From the NCBI GenBank assembly GCA_026770705.1, contig JANJGN010000188.1, forward strand, positions 558,001 to 622,000: a stretch of DNA of 64,000 nucleotides, given 5' to 3'. Shown here piece by piece: positions 51,600 through 63,696 of this stretch. The notes beneath the pieces are model-generated. The model did no database searches, was not told the DNA's origin, and saw nothing but the letters and a program-made list of their open reading frames with translations. Origin of the DNA: Isurus oxyrinchus (Eukaryota). The stretch's first letter is position 1, and each line of letters opens with the position of its first letter. The translations under genes were made by a program, and so were the position numbers.

Positions 51600-52110
51600 A
51601 CAAAAAAACGAAGAATGGTGTAATGGGAATAACATAAGTAGGATTTCTAAGTGTCCCTAAGAGTTTAGCCTCAGCTGCTGCATCCCGTCTGGTTCTGGGC
51701 GCTACAATTTAGGAAGGATATTAAGGATGCTGGAAGGAGTGCAGAAAAAATTCACGAGATGGCTGCTGAGATGAGGAACTTCAGTTAGGAAGATAGATTG
51801 TAGAGGTTAGGACTGTTTTTCTGGGAGAAAAGAAGTCTGAATGGAGATTTGATAGAAGGATGGAAAATCACGAGCGACCTGAGCAGATTTGATGGGAGGA
51901 AAGGGCTCCCGTTCGTGAAAGGATCAAGTTCGAGCTGTTGCAGATTTAAAGTAGTTGCCAAAAAAAAACTGAGACGAAGAAAAATAGAACTTTATTTTTT
52001 CTCGCAGGAAGAGGTTAAGGTCTGGAATGCAGCGCCTGTGATTGAGGTGAAATTAACTGCAAGGGAAGAATTAAGAACGGACTGTTATCTGGAAAGGAAG
52101 AACGTTCATG
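51600..52110 (+). mobile_element. CR1 3' fragment between the two tRNA cassettes
   Basis: FWALQFRKDI..LEGVQ..FTR and LGLF..EKR.L.GDLIE..KI motifs. Confidence 0.8.
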
Positions 52111-52267
52111 CTTGCAACTTAATATCAAACCTGAAGAAATACAATCTTCAAAGTTTTGAAAGCCCAGTGCAGGTGAAAGTTTTCAATTCGCACAAATGAA
52201 CATAATATTTGCAGCGAAGAAGTGGGATGCAATTCAGAACTTTGCTTTGTAAACTCTGGTCAGTGTT

Positions 52268-52341
52268 GGGCTTGTGACTTGGTTATTTAAAACGCTGCTT
52301 TAATACACATGAGATACTCTGTTAAAATGTCAGTGGCACCT
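52268..52341 (+). pseudogene. Decayed tRNA-Thr-like (copy 2)
   Basis: Positional and sequence paralogue of 49100-49173. Retains gagat...cagtggcacct. Confidence 0.68.
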
Positions 52342-53024
52342 TTATCCTTTCAGTCAATGCATGGTTTTAAATTTAACCAATGACGTCCTGAAACAGAGTA
52401 GGGAATTAGGAGCCGATGTAATGAAGCCAAACAGGATCACCGTTTCCTTGGGAGGTTCAAGTGGAAGGAGCAATTTGAAATATTGCCGGCGAAAATGATG
52501 AGCGAGAGTTGAATTTATTGCGTCACTGCATGTTCGCCAGGAATGAATGAGGAGGGATAAGTGTTGCAGTCCTTTTTGATAAGACCCTTGGGTTGACACT
52601 TTCTTTAACCCGACACTTTGTGATTTGCACAATGTCTCGCGTTACTCTGAATGAGCTTCGTGGTTTTAAGTGTGACGGTATCACCGGTTCCCACAACAAG
52701 CACCATATGATTTTTTTAATCCACTTGAGAAATCTACCTCTGTGCCTTTTGTAGCTTCCCACTCCAATTATATCTTACCAAAACCGACGAATACTGCAAA
52801 GGTTTAAAGGCCCAGCTCAGATGCCTGGGCAACAGGTGTTGTCAAATCATACATTGCTGGTAAGGAACGAGTAGTTGGTTCAAATTAGAATAATTGTGAA
52901 ATGAAGCCAAAGGGAGGCTGCCGGTCTGCCTCTGAGGGGAATGCGCTGCAGAGGATGAAATACCTAACAGGAAAATTGAACAAAAGCTTGTGATATCTCT
53001 TGTTCGACAGTGATGGGGAGTAGA

Positions 53025-53102
53025 GGCTGAGTAGCTCTAGAGAGCTCTGTAGCGCATCAGACATATAACCTGAGGGTCCAGGCTTGAAGTCCCAGTCTAT
53101 CG
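53025..53102 (+). pseudogene. Decayed tRNA-Lys (copy 2)
   Basis: tagctc...gtagcgcatcagac.tat aa.ctgagggtccagg.tt.aagtccc matches tRNA-Lys-TTT, with a D-loop insertion. Confidence 0.78.
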
Positions 53103-53983
53103 GTTGCCTTTTGGATCAAGCTGTTGATTGCAAGTAAAACGACAAAAGACAGAAAAATGGACGCTGACATCTTCAAGGAGAACTGAGGTAACGTTTCGTT
53201 TATTTCCAAGGAAAGATCCACCCTCTCGAAACTGGGGTAGCCTCGATCAATTTATGAATTGATACTAGGATTCCTGATGCTCCAAGTGTGATAAGTGCTT
53301 CCTGACATATCCGTTATTTGGCACAATCATTGCAGACCTGTGGCAAAACAAAATGTTAAAATTCAATCCCGTTCTTGCCACCAGAGGAGAAGACTTCTCT
53401 GCGTTTAACCTAACAATTCATTTTAACAGGTTAAAAACTTCAACCAGAGCACGCTTCATTCTCCTGTAATCAAGGGAACAGAAACAAATATGAATCCCTG
53501 AAAGTAGAAAAAAAATTGTGCAGGGATGGAGGGAAGTCGGGGGGATTGACAGTGGGCGAATTTCTCCCTTAAAGAGCCAGTACAAGCAGGATAGGGCAAA
53601 TGGCCTCTCTCTATTCTGTATACATTCTATGTTGATTCGAATCTAGGATGATGAATCTTTAACTCCAAAAAAAACCTAATGAATTCGGGAATCGCACTGG
53701 TGAATCAGCACCGCTTCCATTCCAAGCTCTGTATAATCCTGGTGTTCCCTCTGAGCGGTGTCAGTAAGAAAATGAGAAAAAGGAGCAGGTGTATCATGTG
53801 TCTCACGTCTTTTTAAATATTCCAGAACTTTCTGTTTGGATATCCGTTTCAATTGCTCCTTTCTGAAAATTCGCAATTCGTGCTGTTCTACAGCCCCATA
53901 GCAAATGAATAATTCCAAACGAGTTTGCTGCAAAATAATCAAACACAGTTCAAAACAGTGCTGGGTGATGTTGCTTGTAACTT

Positions 53984-54050
53984 AGCGCCGCGGATCGTTT
54001 CTTACATTTAATATTGCAGACGGTTCAAAGTTCGGTTCTCAATAACGCGG
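53984..54050 (+). pseudogene. Decayed tRNA, isotype unresolved (copy 2, D-arm deletion)
   Basis: Paralogue of 50765-50839. Confidence 0.45.
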
Positions 54051-54834
54051 TTATTTATTTCAAATTAATTAGGTAAAGAGCTGAACATTTTCAAGTCGGG
54101 AGGAAGCATATAGAATGACGTGCAAATGTAAAGAAGCACAGTAGGGTCGAAATTCTCTTCGAAGCGAACATGCACCCTTGTTCTTAAGAATTGCTCCCTC
54201 TTCTTTTCATCCTAATGAACTTGTGGGTTTGCACTGTTACCCGAATGATAACCGGTTCGGGGTTATTGCAAAAGTTATGCAGTGGATGCCATTTTCTTTT
54301 CCTGTTAGACCTTTATCTGCCGCACACACTTTAAAAAAAACGATATTACGGGTACATTTACGAAAGCCTTAAGAGATTTCAGAGGTAAAGGGTGAATGAG
54401 AGAATAGACTAGCAGATGTTTTTTTTTACTCTATGGATATAAATATAAAAGGTTGCAAAAACAGGAATTGGCCGAATAGGGACTAGAACGGAATTTCACG
54501 CCTGGAACCAGATGATTATACCGTGTTTGCCAAGAAAGAAAAACACGGCCAAAGGCAGAATGAAACTCGACGTAGTTGTGAAATTGGATGCTCGACAATT
54601 GTAGAAAGAGGCGGCATTATAAACCTGGCTTTTCTTAAATGTTGACAATACACCTGGATTGGTTCAGGGGCAGGGTGTTGAGGAAAGAAAGTTTGGAAAT
54701 TGTGGAGGGTAGTGGGCTGCAAATTTCCAATCCTGCTTAGTTATAACGGACGATGCTAGAGAATTTTAGAATTGCAAATGTTATACCATTCTTCACAAAA
54801 TTTAACTAATTATCATTTTGTAAACCACACACGC

Positions 54835-55350
54835 ACCCTCCCTTTGGCTTCATTTCACAAATCATCCAACTTGCATCAACTATTCATTTTAACCAGTGGA
54901 GTGTGACGTAACAATTGTTATCCTGGTCTGTGCATTGGACCTTCAAAGCCTTGAAGGGTGTATTTAATTCAGGGAGCTATTATGTTGCAGAAATTGAAAA
55001 CGGAAGCTCCAAAGGCACAGAGATGGATTTCTCAGTGTGTAATCCATTTATTATGGTGTTTGTTTGGGCAAAGTGTGATACTATTCCCTTGAAAGCAATG
55101 CAGCTCATTCGGAATAACGTTTAAATTGTGTGAATCACTAAGTTTAGGGAAGTAAATGTATCTGCCAACCCCAGACCATCATTAAAACGATCCACCATTT
55201 AACCCTACCCACTCTTTCTTGCATAACGTGCAGTAACATAAACAAGTGAATCTCTTCCCTTGGTCTGCTAAACCTGTAATAAAACAAAGTGCTTCCTTAA
55301 GTAAACACCTCTAAATGTAATGTTGGTCCATTCAGACTTCTTAATATCGG
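54835..55350 (-). repeat. Partial inverted third copy of the cassette spacer
   Basis: cctccctttggcttcatttcacaa is the reverse complement of ttgtgaaatgaagccaaagggagg (~52895-52918). Similarity continues for ~0.5 kb. Confidence 0.75.
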
Positions 55351-55499
55351 CACATGAACGCAAAATTTTTTTTCGGACGTTGTTACGTTGATGTAACCTT
55401 CATAACATCTGCCTCCATGTTATTTCTTACTGGGTTTAACAGGTTTGGTTTCGTCACGTTTCTATCTTTGCCCCTTCATATTACATTTGGGCGGTTGCT

Positions 55500-55800
55500 A
55501 TGCAGCCATTCACAACCCCATCTGGACATACCTTTTGATTCTTTACCATAACCATTACAACTCTCTGTGGATGTTGCATGAAGAAACATGTTCTCCCCTT
55601 CCCTCCACCATCACAGACATTCGCCTTTGTACATCCTGCCCTTTCCTGCTCTCCACGTTTTTAATACTTGGTATATTTCTATCTTTCTTCATTTCTGATG
55701 ATAAGTCATGGACCTGTATAGTTCACTCTGAGACCTCCACTGGTGCCTCCGACCGCTGAGGATTTCCAGGATTTAAAAAATAATATTCCCAGCAATCACG
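55500..55800 (+). mobile_element. Penelope terminal fragment
   Basis: ttctgatgataagtcatggacctg...gaccgctgaggatttccagg. Confidence 0.6.
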
Positions 55801-57239
55801 CTGCATTGATTTACTATTTGAAAGATCGGTGGAATGAGATTCAATCTGAATATAAAAATAACTAATTTACAGGGTGACTTGGAAACTTGATTGTGGACAA
55901 AATTGACATCTCTTTCCAAAAACAGGCACAGAGTAGATTGGCTGACAGGCCTCCTTCTGAGCTGCAGGATTTGATGAATCACGGCTTTAATTTCTGCGTT
56001 AATTGGGAGATTAGAAAATAGCTGAACATGTTAAGGTGAGGAATGAACGGTTCCAGGTAATTGTCTGATGTTTTGTACCGAACATGTAACATATGTAAGA
56101 GGATTTCAAGCACAACATAGGTCTACAAATTTCTGCTATATTAACTCCGAAAACCCTTAAATATCCTCGCTTCCACTTACACTCCCGTTAAGGAAATAGT
56201 AAAAATAAATATATTTAAACAGACCCAGCAAGTCGACACAATAACCTGGGCAGAAGTATTCAAAGTGGCTATTCCAAGCTTCAGTCTGTGTAGACAGCAG
56301 GCTTAATGCACAAATGCTGAAGGCTGTTTACACTTCCAGTCGACCTTAGAATGCCTTCCCTGTCATCGTTCTCCTTTATACATGTTTGTACTTTTTAATG
56401 TGAGCCCCATTGTTCCCAGGTGTCTTTGGAACTTTACCTTTCTCATAATATGAACCATATTGCTGATCATAGTGCTAATATTATCTGGAACCTTTGCGAA
56501 AAAATAAACACGCTGATTGTTTGCCTTCTCTGGCTAGCTGTAACATCCAGCCATCTCATTGAAATTCAAAGTACTGCGATTTAACTGCAAATTCTGCTCA
56601 GCTCACATTCTAAGACGTCAGCCATGTTTTCCCATTTAGCATTTAAAACCTAGCTTCATTGATGATTTAAAGCCTCCAGACAAGCTGTCTCCAATGCAAT
56701 TACATCCCCCACACACTCAGAGAAACTAATCAAATCCGACTATTACCAACGTCTACAATAAATCGCAATAATGTTATGAGAATTATGGTACGTTCGTGAC
56801 ATCAGGAATTCCGTCCCTTAAGCTATGAGCCCCTCTAACTGTCTCTTCTTTCAAACACTCAAATCTACTTATTAGGTGAGACAGTTCGTCATTTTCCTAA
56901 ATAGCTCCATATGAAGCTTGGGTTTAAATGTTGCTATATAACGCTCCTTTCAAGCACATTGGCAAGAGGAGGGGTGTGGATTGTTATTTTGTGAAATGCA
57001 ACAGATACATGGGAGATTCTGCTATGTTGTTCAGTTCAGCGGGTTTCAAAATGAAATTGTGTGGATCCCTTAAATGTTAATATATCCCTCCGGTCAGAGC
57101 TCGGGTTGTGGAATATTGATGAGGGCCACTCCTCAATCTGGGATGACGAGTTTTATCTAACGTTGGCTCCCATTTTTAGCAGCAGATACCACAGGATATC
57201 CACGTTCATCATGCCGGACCTCCACCATCGATTTGTAAT

Positions 57240-57740
57240 TTGGTAATTTCCATGATGTGACCAGGAATGCACACAGTACTGAAATTGTGGCCTAACTAAT
57301 AATTGATAAAGTACCTCCATAACCTCCCTGCTAGTATGTGTTATGCCTCGTCTAATAAGCGAAATGATTCTACTTGACTTCTTAAACACTTCATTGGTCT
57401 TTCAATTAACATTCGGGAATCTGTAGAGATTCGATCCAATGTCCATCACTTCCTCTATACCTCCCAATACTCTCTTCATTAATTGTGTATTCCCTTCGAC
57501 TTGTTTGAGTTCCCCAGCTGTATTACATCGCTCTCCCCCGGGTTGAATTCCATTTGGCACTTTTCTGACCATCTAACCAGTCAATTGATAACTTCCTGCT
57601 TTCAAACCTCGTCACTATCAAACACAACCACTATTCTTGTTGCCTGAAAAGTTCATGAAGATTCCCCCTATATATATTGCCAAATAGCTAATATGTGCCA
57701 TGAAGAGCACGGCTAAATATGCATGTGGCTTTTTTTCAGG
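57240..57740 (-). mobile_element. CR1 RT fragment
   Basis: SREVMEVLYQLLVRPQFQYCVHSWS (ORF 57153-57389). Confidence 0.78.
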
Positions 57741-58059
57741 AGAGAAATCTGGTTGGTACAAATCCATCTCCCAAACACCCGTAACGCTGATGTTTTCAGG
57801 ATTCACTTCGGTGCTCGGGCGCTCTTTAAAATGTAAGTTCTCCGTTCGCTCTGCCATACAGCCTGATAAACAATTCCCAGTGATGTTTGCAGCAAAACAG
57901 TGCAACGGATTGGAAAACTTTGCATTATAACTGCGCACCGTTGATTGGTGACACATAACCTCCTGGGATCAGAAATCAATGCCGCCCCCGACTAATTCCA
58001 AACAATCTCGAACGCTTCGTTATGAAATCAGCCAGAAGAGGGTAAACGCGAGTCAAAAC

Positions 58060-60060
58060 AAGAGTGAGCTCCCCCCACAATGTTGCTCTGGGACTTGGGA
58101 AGCGGCGCTGTTGCATAACTGTTAATCAGGTAAATACATCAATCACACGGGCAGTTGGCCTGTTACTTACCACTTTCCCAACTTGCTCTGATCGCCTCAA
58201 GTCATCGATTAAGGGCCAGGCGGAAATATATTTCAGTTCCCTGACATTGCAACTCCTCCGAATGATAGCACGAAGTGTAAATTTCAACAGGCATTCGGTA
58301 ATTTCTCGTTTAAGCCACCGTCTTGCATTTACCATGAAATCCACACGCTTCAATTCCAACATCCTGGAGATACGGCAACATTTCGACACTATTTTTACTT
58401 CAGTGCTTGAAGTGCTTATTCTTATTAAAATTTAGCATCGTTCTTAAGGCAATTGTGAATGAACAACTTGCACTGGTCAAGCGCGACATGCCCATCATCG
58501 CAAGAAATAAATAGAAAAGAGATTGCATAGATATCAGCCTATTGATAAAGGCAGATTTTGCAGCTGAAGGTTTGCTTTGGACAGATTATTTTCATCATTG
58601 ACAAGAAGGAGAAGTTATCTGTTGCGGAACAGCTTTGTGAGGGTCGGATCATTCAGCAGCTCTGGGAGAAACAGACACTCACAGCTCGCTGGTAATGTGA
58701 AGTTTCAACTGGACAAACAGGAGAGTTCCAGACTGTGCACAATCAATCAGCAAGGAATAACGCTGAATCCCCCACTCACTGCCAGTTGAATTTGAAAACC
58801 AGATACTAGAGGAAATGCTTCAAGTGGCCGGTTAGCTCAGTTGGTTAGATCGTGGTGCTAATAACGCCAAGGTCGCGGGTTCGATCCCCGTACGGGCCAA
58901 CCGCTTTCATTCGACTTCGAAGGAATTCAAGTTATTTACACCCTCTGCACGACAACAATAACTCGCTTCGCAACAATTTCACGCAAATACTGCATCTGTC
59001 AGCAAAGTCTATCCGTTACCAAATTTCTCAACAGTTGGTCAGCTGCTGGCCAGGCCAAAAAGGCATTTGCTTCTTCGAGATGTCTTTTAAAAAAGCAGCA
59101 CAAATACTCCTAATTTGTTGTTAATTATTCTCAAATATGACCGGAACGAAGTAAAATACGGAACTGCGCAACGTCTACTTCATTGCTGAGCTACGTGTAA
59201 GCAACGGATAAACTAGGTCGCTGAGAAACCAATGTTTTCCCGTCTAACTTGTCGTAATTCCAATCTCTGCCTGACAATGTAGCCACGAAGTCACCCAACA
59301 GAGGGTAAACCCAACGCAAAATAACTGGGAGGTCTCCCCATGGTTTAGTAGCTTTTCTGCATGACTGTTCCTGGGATAGATTTGTAAATCACCAAGGGCA
59401 GTCGGCCTGTTATTTGTTCTCTCGTTTACTGGTTCCGCAACTTGCTCTAATCGCCTAAAGCCGCTTACTGAGAGCCAGGTGGAAATATATTTCAGTTTCC
59501 TGCTCTTGCAACTTCCCCGACCTTTACTACCAAATTTAAAATTCAACAGGCACTCGGTCATTTCTTTCTAAAGAACCCGTCATAATTCGTAAACACTGTG
59601 ACCGTCTTACTTCTCATTCGCAATTCAGTTCCAGTTGCAAGCTTCACTTGCATCAACCTGAGGACAGGACAACATCTCAAAACTAATTTTACTTCAATGT
59701 TTGAAGTTCTTTCACTGTGTCAATGTAGCAATCCTTCTCAAGGCAATTTCGGATGAGAAACTTATACTGGTCGTGGAGGCATATCCATATCTCATGAAAT
59801 AAATAGAAAAATGTTGATTGGATAAGTTGTCAGCCTGTTGATGGCGAGAAGTTTTTCAGCTTGAGGTTTGCTTTCGGCGGAATATTTTCAACATTCAGAA
59901 GGGGAGCGTTGAAGTTGCTGAGCTGCTTTGTGAAGATGGGAACAATGAGGCAGCTCTGGGGAAAACTCATTCCCTTCCAGCTCGCCGGTAACCTGAAGCC
60001 TTCAATTTACAAATACGGTAGTTCCAATGTTCCAGCTGGTGCGCGGTCAGTCAGCAAGGA
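58060..60060 (+). repeat. Tandem ~1.25-kb spacer units flanking tRNA-Ile
   Basis: 58150-58760 parallels 59395-60060, e.g. caacttgctct.atcgcct.aag and ccagg.ggaaatatatttcagtt.cctg. A further piece lies at ~60540-60640. Confidence 0.85.
58826..58899 (+). tRNA. tRNA-Ile (anticodon AAT)
   Basis: GGCCGGTTAGCTCAGTTGGTTAGATCGTGGTGCTAATAACGCCAAGGTCGCGGGTTCGATCCCCGTACGGGCCA. It matches the vertebrate Ile-AAT sequence as I recall it except for G>T at 58850 in the D-stem. Confidence 0.95.
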
Positions 60061-60914
60061 CTGAGTGTCGATGGTCCTTGGGTCATTCTTCAGTAACATT
60101 CCAGGCACAGAATCCGAGTGACACCCGCCCCCCTGCTGCCTTGATACTGTGTCAAAGAAGTTTACTGGAAGGATATTGAGCATATATTGTTTTCATGCTT
60201 TGAAAAAGTGTCTGTATGTATGATAGGAAAGAATCATGGCGCATAATTCTCAGTCGGAACACATCTGAACATTCCCTGTACATACTGTGATATTTATCTG
60301 GCTGTCGCTATTACTGATCTCGATTCCCTCTTTCATACGGAGAACCTATTGACAATCATGATTCTCGCCTGAAGAAATTCCGGCCTTTCCAAACGTATCT
60401 CTGTCAGTATGGTGTCTGGCAAAAACAGATCTACTGATCATGTTCTTCATATATTAGACTATCAAACTTTCAGCAAAGTCTAACACATTCATTCCTCTCC
60501 AACACTGTCATTGTTATGGCAGTACCAAACTTTAAATGGAGCAGGCACTCCGTCATTTCGCGCTGAAGCACCCGTCATAAATTGACACTGAAGTGGCCGC
60601 ATTACTTCTGATTCGCAATTTAGCTCCATTTCCAATCTTCAGTTGATACTGTCACTGTCAGCGATATATGGCCAGAATTTTAAAGCAAACTATGTCACTG
60701 TAAAAACTGCTACAGTGCCCATAATAGCGGTCTCCGTGCTGATCTATGGGGAGAATTTGCCTAGGAACACAAATGTCCATTTATCAGCAACTGAACAAAC
60801 TGCAAAAACGGGTGATCAACAAACTGATCAATAACAATGTTCACTAGGATTCCCGCCTTGGCGCGGATTTTGTTTCCATCGTCTTCCGGGGTAGCGAACT
60901 TTTCGCATGTATTC

Positions 60915-61095
60915 AGGTGAAGTTCCAGGCCGCAAAATTTTGGATAAGCTTAGGTATATATGGGGTAGAAGATGGGAGGCCGGCCAGGTGAACACTGGAA
61001 TAGTCAAGCCGAGATTGAACAAAGGCATGGATGAGGGTTTCAGCAGCAGATAAGCTGAGGCAGTGTCGCAGTTGGCCGATGTTTAGGATGTCCCT
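60915..61095 (-). mobile_element. L2 LINE fragment
   Basis: LSAAETLIHAFVQSRLDYSS..LAGLP.....LIQN.AA is typical of L2 ORF2. Confidence 0.82.
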
Positions 61096-62089
61096 GTACA
61101 GTGTGTTCATCTGATAACAGCCCGTCAGTCTGCCTAATATCATGCAGTTTTATCAGAGACGTTAGGGGTAAAATGGATACAGTGTCAGCCATTATTGTTC
61201 AATATTAGGATTGTTATTGTATCTGTATCTCTGAAGCATTATGTCACTGCGGGACTTTTCACATTTCACTGCAATCAGAAGCTGAACAAAATGTCCCAGA
61301 CTGTGGCCAAGCAGTGAGAGCTTTTAAAGGTGAAATTTGCCCATTTAAGTGGCCCAATTGGGATCATTCCCTGCAGGTAGTTCCTGTCATGCACCATTCA
61401 AATCAATCTCTCTTGGCACTGGATTCACCGGGAGGGATGAAGAGTCAGTGAACAGAGCGGAATATCAGAGTTGTTCTGTTCCTGACTCTCCCTCTCCCGG
61501 TAGTTTAGTGAGGACTCGGTCTCCCAGGGAATGTGTTGTTCCCAATTCCGCCCGATTAGCGTCGTTTAACACTGAGTGAACTGACAGCTGTCAGTAACTC
61601 CAGTATCCGGATCCTGGTAAGTTCATTGTGGTTCAGTGTTTAGAAAACACAATAACAAGCAAAGGTCATGGAAACTATCACAACTCAGATTGAGTAGGGG
61701 ATCAGACACGTGGGCAATGTGCGCTGTCTACCTTCTGATTCAGGTTCCTGAATGATACTGAAAAAGACATGATATCTGTTGCATTGTTGCTGTTATCGTC
61801 GTATGGCCTATCGGATGAGGCGTTTTACTTCCATGTGTCGTGCAAGGTTATCAAAAGATTGGAGGTTGGAGTCCTGCAATTTGTCTTGTGTTCGTTTCAC
61901 GCAGATAGGTTGCCATGTACATGAGTTCCAGCACACTTTGTGTGTATAATTCTTTTTCTAATTAACGCGGTAAAATCTCTGGCTTTAATTCTTTTACGGT
62001 GGCGCTGAGTCCGAGGTTCCCGGTCAGCGGGAATAGGTTTGGGCTGATCTTACCTATTCAGAGTTACAAAAAAAATGTATCGAATCCCT

Positions 62090-62560
62090 TCTGCAATCGT
62101 GGGGAAGGACCTCGGTAAAGCAACAGTCAGTGAGTTAAATGTAGGCACTGAGTTGCTTCGGGAATTGAAGAGGGTTAGGAGTGAGTTCCAGAGGCAAACA
62201 GAGGTACAAAGAAAGAGAACGGAAAGATTGGCGAGGAGGAAGAGAAAGGACTATGAATGGCGTTCACCATCTTTCAATTTTTACTCAATGAAACATCAAA
62301 AGAGAAAAATAATCTCTGTGCCAAGGAGCTGCTGATAGTGCAGAGAGCAGTAAATAGGGCTGGATTTAGGAGAATCATCGTGTTCACTGAGGGAGAGGCA
62401 ATGGGATTAGAAGCATAAAATTACGAGGGGGCCAGGGATGAAAGGCAGGATCCTGAATAGCTGCTGTCCGAAACCAAAGGAAATAAAGGGAAAACATAAA
62501 TTTTCAAGATGAACAAAATGGTGGCAGAGATTACAATGTAAATTACTGTGTGATGTTACA
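62090..62560 (-). mobile_element. Probable decayed L2-type fragment
   Basis: Purine-rich stretch (agggttaggagtgagttccagagg...) resembling L2-type repeats. Weak. Confidence 0.35.
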
Positions 62561-62971
62561 GTCACGCTTTACAAGATGCGCGTTTAATGTCAATTATTAA
62601 TGAATTCTGCTTCGTTAGTCATTACTAAATCGCGTGTGGCCGGTTCCTCTTGGTTTGAAAATACCTTCTTTCAGCGAGCTGTCCTAGTTTCAAGGTACCA
62701 ATTCACTGATTTCACGGAAATTCCGATTTAGCCCTGTTTAAATGATAGAGCCAGCATCGGTGTTCGGACACATACGGAACTGTCGGCTGACTTGGTGTGA
62801 AGGGCCGTTCCTGTCAAGGAACTCCCATATTCCGGATCTCTGAAAACAGCCGCGTTTCCTGAATCTCCCTGTCGCTGATACGACATATTTATCTGCACTG
62901 TCTCCTACATCTGAATTTAAAAGTACATTTCCAATTTCGTGTGTTTTCTACTTTAAAGATAATAAAAAGCA

Positions 62972-63043
62972 CTCCTCGTCGGGGAATTGAACCCCGGTCT
63001 CCCGCGTGACAGGCGGGGATACTAACCACTATACTAACAAGGA
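62972..63043 (-). tRNA. tRNA-Asp (anticodon GTC)
   Basis: TCCTTGTTAGTATAGTGGTTAGTATCCCCGCCTGTCACGCGGGAGACCGGGGTTCAATTCCCCGACGAGGAG. Full cloverleaf with A and B boxes, and a T5 Pol III terminator 3 nt downstream. Confidence 0.96.
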
Positions 63044-63613
63044 GTTACCTGACTTTATTATAGACAGGCCTGGGGCTAACTTTACACAGTAACAGAAGAA
63101 AATGCTGAATGTGGGAATGGAGAGGTTGCGGGCTTCATTCAGTTTTTTCAGAGACTTGAAGGATGACCGGATATCTTATCTGATTGAACTCGCTGTTCTT
63201 TACTCGTTATTAGGAACCTTATGATGCGTAATAACCCACAAATTGATAGATTTGTTGAATGAAAGAAATTGAATTGTCCTCCGATTAGCACGTTCATATC
63301 GTGAAAGATTCCTCTGTTGTGTAGTGTCTCGATTTAACAATGGGGAAATCTGACCGCCAGTGACAGTCTAGGAGAGTTCGGAGACAATGAAATGTCATCA
63401 ATTCAGGTTATCTGTTTTGTGGCAAATCCTGTCAAAATAACACTTCTTCTGACCCCAATTTGGGACTTTTTAAACGGATAGTGATTTATTTTTTCCTCTT
63501 GACTCATTTCCCGACCAGGAACACAATGAGGGAAAAATACCCAAATGTTAAAATGGAAGGTGAATATATAGATGTTCACCCTGCAGTGACTGGGAGATTC
63601 CCACTCTCATTGT

Positions 63614-63696
63614 AAAACAAAAACAGAATTACCTGGAAAAACTCAGCAGGTCTGGCAGACCTGCTGAGTTTTTCCAGGTAATTCTGTTTTTGTTTT
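63614..63696. repeat. Perfect 83-bp palindrome (41-bp arms, 1-nt spacer) from a Penelope terminal repeat
   Basis: aaaacaaaaacagaattacctggaaaaactcagcaggtctg-g-cagacctgctgagtttttccaggtaattctgtttttgtttt. The right arm continues as the usual terminus ggatttccagcatccgcag. Confidence 0.95.

Larger units (their letters stand above)
52143..54380 (+). repeat. tRNA cassette copy 2
   Basis: See copy 1. Confidence 0.9.

Noticed and set aside
58852-59124. 90-aa ORF
   Set aside because: It overlaps the tRNA-Ile gene and a repeated spacer, with no coding signal.
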